64,000 nucleotides of DNA from Basidiobolus meristosporus CBS 931.73 (taxonomy: Eukaryota > Fungi > Basidiobolomycota), in assembly GCA_002104905.1 (NCBI GenBank), contig MCFE01000056.1:1-64000 (forward strand), read 5' to 3'. Shown here piece by piece: positions 56,081 to 64,000 of the stretch. The position numbers and the translations under genes were made by a program. The stretch's first letter is position 1; each line of letters starts with the position of its first letter. The notes beneath the pieces were generated by a model. It did no database searches, was not told where the DNA came from, and saw only the letters and a list, made by a program, of their open reading frames with translations.

Positions 56081-57261
56081 TCGGTTTGTTTCAAATACGG
56101 TTGTTCAAATATCCATGTTAACCTAGTCCTCAAGCTCCATTTGGCGACATACGATATCCTTGGTTGAAATTATATTTGGTGGGAGTTTGTAGATTTATAT
56201 ACTCTAAAGTTGATGCCAAGGTTTAGAAAAGTCTTTAGTAGAAATAGTCGTCCTACAGTACTCTATGCAATTGCTCTCGAATAAAACCTCGGGTTTTACT
56301 GAAGGATAATGACAGAACTATCATTGATAACTCTTGCGAATTACGAATACAGAGTGCCGTATTGCTTGATAAAATATTTGGGTGATCGTAATTCCTTCAG
56401 ACATAACATTTTATTTTCGTACCCTCTGGCCTCTAAACCTCAGCGTCAAGCTTTTGAAAAGATACACCATTGTTGATATAGATGTTAAACCAAATCCGTG
56501 AATATCATGTTAGTTTATACTTTCCTTGAGCTTGAATACATAGCAGAAAGTACAAAGGTATAAAAACCAATAGATGGGCGAGATAGTAAACCATATATAG
56601 ACCAGTCCACATTCTGTCATATTCCGTGACTCGGGTGTCTTGTCATAGCATTTCGAACCAAAGGAATAGTCGGAGTGATTTCTCCGAATAGCATAATCAT
56701 TCGTGATCTGGGGTGGAAATATGGATTTGGCATGGCAAATTGAAACATTCACGATGTTCGAGGGGTTTTTGAATTCCACCTCGGCAAGTGCCAGCTCAAG
56801 ATGGTATCCGGCTAACATGTGGCTATCAGGTGCCCCAAAACGTGCCTGATCATTGACATGCGACGAGTGAGGAGGCTGGATGGTCGATGTGATGATTGAC
56901 ACCGGCAGTGAATTCCGCAGATCAACCAGGGTCCACACATTATGTGTTGTAGTGAATTAAGATGGCACAGCAGCCACGGGCTTCAATTCAAATCCTCTCT
57001 GATTGTACCTTTATCAATCTCGCTTTCCATTTTGGTGGTTTGAGGCATAACTGGCACCTCGATCCATCTACTTATACTTCAACCAATCTACCCCATGAAC
57101 CGATTGCCAGGAAGCGTAACCAGCAACACATAGTATTTCAAAGGAGTATCAAAAAGAGAAGACAAAACTGAGGGAAAGAGAGTTAGTACTAGTTTATTTT
57201 CAAATCATTTAGAAATTCTATGTGTTCTCAGACACCCGTTGTACTTGGGCATCTATAGTAG

Positions 57262-57867
57262 TTAAGCCCAGTCACAGAGGATGGAATCCTTAACAGTCTT
57301 GCAGACAGTACCAGGTGCACAGGCTTCGGTTACGAGTTTGCCATTATTACAAACAGTGAATTCGACAGATTTTCCGGAGTCGACGCATTGGTAGGTGCCG
57401 TCGACACAAGAGGCTTGGGTAGGTTTAGGAGCTTGCGTTTCGGCAACAGGAATGACTGTACTCGCCACAGTTACAATAGGGGTTTGGACGGGAGTAAACA
57501 TGGTGGTGAAGGCACTGTTCATTGCATTTTGGGGCTCCTCAACATTCATGAGCTCGCTGAACAAGCCACAGACGGCTTCAGGTATGGCAGGCAACTCAGC
57601 CAAGGTAATATTGCAATTTCTAGCCAAACACACTGTGCTTTGTTTTACGAAAGTGGTTGATAGTGGAGAGTCTGGTGCACAAAACATTTCAATAGATTCT
57701 AGGATGGAAGGATTGGCTTGACCTTGATCATACTGGAACCAGGTCCTTAAACCAGCCTCCATCGCACAACCAGCTAAGCATTCGAATCGTTGTTCGATTT
57801 GATATTCGGAGGCGGAGGCTAGGACGGTGGTAAAGAGTCCAGCAAGTACTGTGGTAGAAAAGCGCAT
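57262..57867 (-). CDS. Array gene 6 (201 aa): signal + 6-Cys domain + short linker + CBM19-like module
   Basis: Single ORF ending ILCDWA; shares the EPQNAMNSAFTTMFTPVQTP linker with gene 5. Confidence 0.88.
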   Translation of the reverse strand: MRFSTTVLAGLFTTVLASASEYQIEQRFECLAGCAMEAGLRTWFQYDQGQANPSILESIEMFCAPDSPLSTTFVKQSTVCLARNCNITLAELPAIPEAVCGLFSELMNVEEPQNAMNSAFTTMFTPVQTPIVTVASTVIPVAETQAPKPTQASCVDGTYQCVDSGKSVEFTVCNNGKLVTEACAPGTVCKTVKDSILCDWA

Positions 57868-58145
57868 GATTGTATTGAATAAATTGACCGTATGCTCGAG
57901 GTTTGGTATTTATGCTCATCATGCAGCATGATTACGCATCATTATAGGATATTCAAAATGGCGGATAAGATTAGGCCGAGCTATCTCTTCTAAATGGCTC
58001 AACATTGATCAGAATTCCTACATATGCCTTATCACCCTATCGATCATGCTAACGATTGTTACTTCCCTTCAAATTAAGCGACATAAGATAGGGTCGATTT
58101 ATATGAGGATGTCATGACTATGGTACATTAGGGACTATTGGAAAT

Positions 58146-58745
58146 TTAGTGCGATGGACGATCGGTATCAACAACATTCACGTCCAACTCCTGCAACAAA
58201 GTTTGCATTTCTTTGCGGAGCACGGTGACTACTTGGGCCCACGAGCTAAACTCCTTCTCCTCCCCATATACTGAGCGTCGGTAAGGGAGGTTGGTGGTGG
58301 CGATTCCCGAGCTGGCCAGGTAATGGAACTGTCGACGAAGGCCAGCTTGAATATCCTTGAAAGATGGCCATAGATAAGGTGGATAAGGTGTCAGTACGTG
58401 GAGTTGGAACGCGACCTGACGAGAAAATAGAGATTCACTAACGTTCAGTAACTCCATGTATTGCGCCACGTAATGTTCGAAGGTTTGCCGCTTGTCTCCG
58501 AACTCCGAGCCCAGATCACTGTCGTCTGAAAGAATGGCTACGGTACGTCCAGCGGTTTCTAACAATCGGACAATTCTCTACAGTGAGGGAAGTTTGGAAC
58601 GCACAAGCTCGATCAGTAAACGAATGTCGGTGGTCCCTCATAAAGTTTAAAGTACCGTTTCTATGACATGAAGATCAGCGATCCTGACTGCTGATTCTGA
58701 TGTGTCTGGTGCTAGATCTTGATTGTTAATATTTTGGGCTTCCAT
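58146..58745 (-). CDS. MED11: Mediator subunit 11, 3 exons, 144 aa
   Basis: Splicing introns 58578-58655 and 58356-58442 gives RIADLHVIETRIVRLLETAG...F...Y.ELLNDIQAGLRRQFHYL...PYRRSVYGEEKE, the Med11 helical pattern. Confidence 0.78.
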
Positions 58746-58918
58746 TGTGTATCGAAGGTGGTCTATGGGATGGTCCGAAGTCCAAGAATACGGGGGGGGG
58801 GAAGTGAGTTAACGAAATGATTAAAATTAAAGCTTGATCAGGTGCAGATTGACTAGGAAATTCATTGATTTGTTGGGCAAAAAGTCTTTTATTCTACACA
58901 CAATCTTGGTGGTACTTC

Positions 58919-59323
58919 ATGGAGCTCTTGGGCGGTTTGTCGGGAGAGAAGGGAGTGGGGGTGGATATTCAGCTACTGTCCGAACTGAATATCGAGAACG
59001 AGACCTTTTTGGAGCGGAACTTCACTCCCGCAGAATTGAACGAAGCTCAAGGTTCGCTCACGAAATTATGCGAAAAGTGGTGTGCCAAAGAGGCCACTAT
59101 TAAGGCAGTTTCCAGCTTCTCCTTAGACACCGAGCCAGTTTGGGATCAAGGAGTAGGTGCTCCTCTCATTGGGATCGAGGTCCTTGCTGATGAAAGCGGG
59201 GTTTTGCAAGTGGACTTTTACGGGGATGCCAAAGAGGCCGTGAATAAAGCCGGAGTAAGCCAGGTTTCGGTATCAGTGCAAAGCAATAATGAATACTCCA
59301 TGGCAATAGCTACGGCTCAGTAG
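58919..59323 (+). CDS. Free-standing AcpS-like 4'-phosphopantetheinyl transferase resembling the fungal FAS C-terminal PPT domain, 134 aa
   Basis: GVGVDIQ...ETFLERNFT..E...WCAKEA.IKA...GAPL..IEV.....G...V..YGDAKEA...AGV..V.VSV. Sits head-to-head with MED11 (173 bp gap), so no FAS body is attached. Confidence 0.8.
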   Translation: MELLGGLSGEKGVGVDIQLLSELNIENETFLERNFTPAELNEAQGSLTKLCEKWCAKEATIKAVSSFSLDTEPVWDQGVGAPLIGIEVLADESGVLQVDFYGDAKEAVNKAGVSQVSVSVQSNNEYSMAIATAQ

Positions 59324-59400
59324 AAGTTTATTATAATAAAATGGATTTACAAGACAATGAAAAAGTATATGAATCACAATATACAAGCGTTTGGAAGAGC

Positions 59401-59941
59401 TCAATGTCTGGAGACCTTCACGGCAATGGGGACTAAACAGATCCGGTTAATCACATGTATACGCAGACAAACCACGAGTTGACTTACCAACAATCACAAT
59501 CAATATCGCCAAGAATATCACGAACATGATCACTCGCATCTTCAAACTCTTCAACCACATTTGCTTGCGAACCTGATTGGCTCTTCGGTGGAATCGTCTC
59601 GATCCTGACTCCAGCTCATCTAACATCAACATGATCTTAGTAAGGGTTGACTAGAGGCTTAGCATTGTGCCATTGTTTACCTGCTCTGTAGTTTAGATGC
59701 TCCAGTTTCTCGCCACGGTCCATAACATTGCTGACGTTTTCTTGCATGATATTCACTACCTCGTCCACCTGTTGATGAACCATGGCAGCGTGATCATTTG
59801 AAGACCCTTTGTTGAGGGGAACTGCTTCGTAAGTCCTGGGCGACTGTAAGCAAATATGACAATGGCAATAACAATAGAGAAGTAGCTTACATTGTGTGCA
59901 AGGGTGGTACAGATTTGCTGGCACCAAAGTTCTTTGGGCAT
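59401..59941 (-). CDS. Synaptobrevin/VAMP R-SNARE (Snc1/2-like), 4 exons; first exon uncertain
   Basis: QVDEVVNIMQENVSNVMDRGEKLEHL..RADELESGSRRF.R.A..VRKQMW.K..KM plus a C-terminal TM helix; introns 59844-59890, 59620-59680 and 59433-59487. Confidence 0.88.
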
Positions 59942-60118
59942 CTTTATATTAGTTGAAAACTGGATAAATCTTTAATCCATTTGTAGGTTTACAACACGAC
60001 TCAATCAAAACGATCAACAATGACGCAATGAAATGAAACAGATTATATATTGTGTTCAGGATGATGAATGGTTTGATGAATAATGAACTTCTATAATATA
60101 CAGCGACGGGATGAGCGA

Positions 60119-63100
60119 TTACTGATAGTCGGAAATAGGCGGGCACGAGCAGACTAGGTTACGGTCACCATATGCATCATCGATTCTCGAGACGCTAGGC
60201 CAGAACTTCCGTTCTCTCAACCAGCCCTTGGGATAGGCAGCTTGCTCGCGAGAGTACGGTTGCTTCCACTCATCAGCCATTAGGCGATCAAGTGTGTGGG
60301 GTGAATTCTTTAGAATGTTCTGCTGCTTGGGTTGTTTGCCCTCTTCAATTTCTCGGATTTCCTCCCGGATGGATATCATGGCATCGCAGAAGCGATCGAG
60401 CTCTGCCTTGGATTCGGACTCGGTGGGTTCGATCATAAGTGTGTTGGCAACAGGCCAGGACATTGTCGGTGAATGGAAGCCGTAATCCTGGAGACGTTTG
60501 GCCACATCGATCGCCTCAACTCCTGCGGTGGTGCCGAAGGGACGGATGTCGAGGATAAACTCGTGAGCACACATGCCATTTTCGTTGGTGTAGAGAACCT
60601 TGTAGTGATCCTGGAGACGACTTCTCATGTAGTTGGCATTGAGGATGGCTTGTTGCGTGGCCTCAGTAATTCCCTTTCCACCCATCATCTTGATGTAGGC
60701 CCAAGAAATCGGGAGGATACTGGCTGAGCCAAAAGGTGCGGCCGAAATTGGGCCAATGGCCTTTTCCCCGCCAGTCTTGACCAAGGGATGGCCAGGAAGG
60801 AAGGGAGCCAGGTGTGCCTTGACACCAATGGGGCCCATACCTGGTCCACCTCCTCCATGTGGGATACAGAAGGTCTTGTGCAAGTTCAAATGGCACACAT
60901 CCGCTCCGATCTCCCCTGGGGAGCAAAGTCCGATCTGAGCATTCATGTTCGCTCCATCCATGTACACTTGGCCACCGTTGTTGTGAATGATGTCACAGAG
61001 ATCCTTGATGCCGTCTTCGAATACACCAAAGGTGGAGGGGTAAGTAACCATCACAGCCGAGAGTTGATCCTTGTGCTTCTCAGCCTTCGCCTTCAGATCG
61101 TCGAGATCCAAGTTTCCGTTAGGCTTGCAGTTGACAATCACGACCTTCATACCAGCCATGGCAGCTGAGGCTGGGTTGGTACCGTGTGCCGAGATGGGAA
61201 TCAGACATACGTTACGCTGGCCCTCGCCACGCGACTCGTGGAAGGCCTTGATGGTACGTAGACCAGCATACTCACCCTGAGCACCACTATTGGGTTGAAG
61301 GGAAACCTCGTCAAATCCAGTGACCACGGCCAAATCTTGGGCCAGCTCGTCGAGCATGATTTTGTAACCTTCAACTTGGTCAGCAGGAGCAAAAGGATGG
61401 ATATTCCCGAATTCGGGCCAAGTGACTGGAACCATCTCAGTGGTCGCATTCAACTTCATGGTGCACGATCCGAGTGGAATCATGGAGTGGGTGAGGGAGA
61501 GATCCTTCGACTGCAGGTGGTGGATGTACCGGAGCATCTCAGTTTCCGAGTGATAGCTATGGAAGACCTGGTGTTCTAGGTACTTCGAGGTACGAGCCAA
61601 GTTGCTTGGGAAGCTTTGTGCTGGCTTGCTCTCGCTCACTCCGAGTTCAGATGCGAGAACAGAGACATCTGGAGCTGACCCATCCTTGCTGAAAACCTTC
61701 AGAAGGTCTTCCAGATCCTTACGAGTAACGGTCTCATCCAGAGTGATACCAACGGTAGATTCATCGATGTGACGGAGGTTGATTCCGTTGTCCGCTGCCT
61801 TCTTGATCACAGACTCAGAGCCACCGGTGACATTGATAGTGAGAGTATCGAAGAAGGTGTCGTTCTGGATGGTATGGCCAGCCTTGCGGATACCTTCAGA
61901 GAGGATGGTGGTGAGGTTGTGAATTCTCTGGGCGATCTGCTTGATCCCTTCTGGACCATGGTATACAGCATACATAGCTGCCATGTTAGCCAACAGCGCC
62001 TGAGCTGTACAGATGTTTGAGGTGGCCTTCTCGCGACGAATATGTTGCTCACGTGTTTGAAGAGCTAGTCGAAGCGCCTTCTTACCGGCAGCATCCTTCG
62101 AGACGCCCACGATACGGCCTGGCATTCTTCTGGCGTTATCTTTGGTGCAGGCAAAGAAAGCGGCATGGGGCCCACCATAGCCGAGTGGAACCCCGAAACG
62201 CTGACTGTTACCGAGAACAATATCTGCTCCGAATTCACCAGGTGGCTTGAGCATGGTCAAGGCGAGTAGGTCGGTAGCACAGACCACTTGGCCACCCAAT
62301 TGGTGAATCCTATCGGTGAATCCTTGGTAATCAATAACGATACCGTCGTTGGCAGGATACTGAATCAGCACACCGGAGAGATCCTTCTGAGCCCCTTCGA
62401 AGTCGTAGGTCTTGTAGTTACCAACGACAACGTTGATTCCAAATCCTTCGGCGCGAGTTTTCAACACCTCGATGGTCTGTGGATGACAGTTCTCGTCTAC
62501 GAAGAAGGTCTTCTTTTTGTTTCGGCTAGCGGTGTAGCACATGACCATGGCTTCGCCGGCAGCAGTGCCTTCATCGAGCAAAGAGGCATTAGCGATCTCC
62601 ATGCCAGTCAAGTCAGCGACCATGGTTTGATAATTGAGAAGGGATTCCAGTCGACCCTGGGAAATCTCGGCTTGATACGGGGTGTACTGAGTATACCACG
62701 CGGGGTTTTCCATCACGTTTCTAAGGATAACGTTAGGAACCACAGTGTCAGTGTATCCCATACCGATGTATGAGCGATAGACCTTATTCTTGGAAGCAAT
62801 ATCCTTCAAGCGCTTGAGAAGCTCTCTTTCCGGGTACCCGTTATCCAAAGCGAGCGCCTTGGCGGCACGGATAGAGGAAGGAACAGTCTTTGCAATAAGG
62901 TCATCCACTGATTTGACACCAATGGTCTTCAACATGGAGTCCACGGCCTTCTCACCCGACCCATTGTGGCGGCGAGGGAAAGAGTCCAAAGGAGCAAACA
63001 CATCCTTGGCGGGTGGTTTGGCGGTGTGTAAAAATCGGGTGGCAAAACGAGGGGCAACGGAGGGCTTCGGAAGTGCTCTAACGACCAAGGGAGTTGCAAA

Positions 63101-63166
63101 GGACTTCAAAGTGACGGTGGTCCTGGACGTCAGCAAGCGAGCGGCTACACGGACGCTACAAGCCAT
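60119..63166 (-). CDS. GCV2: Glycine dehydrogenase (decarboxylating), glycine cleavage P protein, mitochondrial
   Basis: 1015-aa ORF with presequence; [56 protein letters not shown]-Lys motif [18 protein letters not shown]. Confidence 0.97.
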   Translation of the reverse strand: MACSVRVAARLLTSRTTVTLKSFATPLVVRALPKPSVAPRFATRFLHTAKPPAKDVFAPLDSFPRRHNGSGEKAVDSMLKTIGVKSVDDLIAKTVPSSIRAAKALALDNGYPERELLKRLKDIASKNKVYRSYIGMGYTDTVVPNVILRNVMENPAWYTQYTPYQAEISQGRLESLLNYQTMVADLTGMEIANASLLDEGTAAGEAMVMCYTASRNKKKTFFVDENCHPQTIEVLKTRAEGFGINVVVGNYKTYDFEGAQKDLSGVLIQYPANDGIVIDYQGFTDRIHQLGGQVVCATDLLALTMLKPPGEFGADIVLGNSQRFGVPLGYGGPHAAFFACTKDNARRMPGRIVGVSKDAAGKKALRLALQTREQHIRREKATSNICTAQALLANMAAMYAVYHGPEGIKQIAQRIHNLTTILSEGIRKAGHTIQNDTFFDTLTINVTGGSESVIKKAADNGINLRHIDESTVGITLDETVTRKDLEDLLKVFSKDGSAPDVSVLASELGVSESKPAQSFPSNLARTSKYLEHQVFHSYHSETEMLRYIHHLQSKDLSLTHSMIPLGSCTMKLNATTEMVPVTWPEFGNIHPFAPADQVEGYKIMLDELAQDLAVVTGFDEVSLQPNSGAQGEYAGLRTIKAFHESRGEGQRNVCLIPISAHGTNPASAAMAGMKVVIVNCKPNGNLDLDDLKAKAEKHKDQLSAVMVTYPSTFGVFEDGIKDLCDIIHNNGGQVYMDGANMNAQIGLCSPGEIGADVCHLNLHKTFCIPHGGGGPGMGPIGVKAHLAPFLPGHPLVKTGGEKAIGPISAAPFGSASILPISWAYIKMMGGKGITEATQQAILNANYMRSRLQDHYKVLYTNENGMCAHEFILDIRPFGTTAGVEAIDVAKRLQDYGFHSPTMSWPVANTLMIEPTESESKAELDRFCDAMISIREEIREIEEGKQPKQQNILKNSPHTLDRLMADEWKQPYSREQAAYPKGWLRERKFWPSVSRIDDAYGDRNLVCSCPPISDYQ

Positions 63167-64000
63167 TTTCCTAAAATCAGGGTGATTGGATTAATCCTGG
63201 ACCGAAGATAAGTGATAATCAGTAGATTACTTACGAGATAAAAGGTTGCTACGGGCTTGGGGGCTCCTCCCCCTTAGACGCACACAATAAATACAATCTT
63301 AATTCCACTGAGTAAAAGTACCAAGAATTTTTATTTATCTTTTGTTATTAAATCTCGACTTTACATCTTTTTGAGTCACACCTGTAACATCAATCAACCG
63401 AATGCATTCAGGCATCATCATTGGTTGTGAGTGTTAAGCCAGCCAGTAATAGTTAATACTCCCATATCTGGACCAGTGTCAGGATTATCTTCGTGTCATC
63501 TCGTAGAAGTAATCTCTCTTACTATAAGGAACTCCGAGAGACAGCCACAATCGTCAGTTTATACATGGAGTTTTGTCGAGCACCACCGGAATTCTGAAAG
63601 TTGCCGATTTGGTGTAACTTTCCCACCTTCTGTCAAACCAATTCTTCGTTTTTCAGCAGATTCCTTATTGCTTGTAAGAGTGGATTTAGCAAGTCCTGTT
63701 TCACCACTTAAACGGGAAGTTAAACTTATCTGCATAGACTGTGCATAGCCAATCTCCATCGAAATGTAAACAAATTTTGAAGTCAACACAGATGCTGTTT
63801 ATTGGATGTGGATGTTTTTGGGTAAAAATCAGGTAGTGCTCAATGTTGATACGGGTGTAGTTCTTCAACGCGCAGCCACAACATTGTAGTATACTTTCGC
63901 GTTCTACTAGTCAACATTCGTATCTCCCAATCCACACAAGATCTTCTTCCCTCACGGCCTATAGATGGGGAAACTAATACGTTTGGAGTTGGAGAACTTT

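Noticed and set aside
60119-63166. Intronless GCV2 as a possible horizontal transfer
   Set aside because: It has a mitochondrial presequence and single-chain eukaryotic-type sequence; several other genes here are also intronless.
63431-64000. Possible gene divergent from GCV2 at the window end
   Set aside because: Splice-compatible pieces exist but no recognisable domain; cannot be supported.

Overview
Eukaryotic, intron-containing fungal DNA; an early-diverging lineage such as Basidiobolus is an inference only. Left to right: a window-truncated secreted protein with four CBM5/12 chitin-binding modules, an aquaporin and a small secreted beta/gamma-crystallin-like protein. Next is a non-coding RNA cluster with three tRNA-Arg(CCG)/tRNA-Leu(CAG) pairs and two apparently identical U3 snoRNA genes. 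It is interleaved with LTRs just upstream of tRNAs, a Ty3/gypsy gag relic and an apparently intact piggyBac-like element with an intron-split transposase and an ATAA target duplication. MRT4, a TTC1-like TPR gene and a mitochondrial-type ValRS follow. Then comes the main feature, a same-strand array of six secreted paralogues (201-2573 aa): signal peptide + 6/8-Cys CFEM-like domain(s) + His-rich TExHK stalk + C-terminal CBM19-type chitin-binding module. A ~10 kb CpG-depleted nest of one Ty1/copia family splits the array. The right end holds MED11, a free-standing FAS-type phosphopantetheinyl transferase domain, a VAMP/Snc SNARE and glycine decarboxylase P protein. All calls come from reading the sequence by eye; no searches were run.
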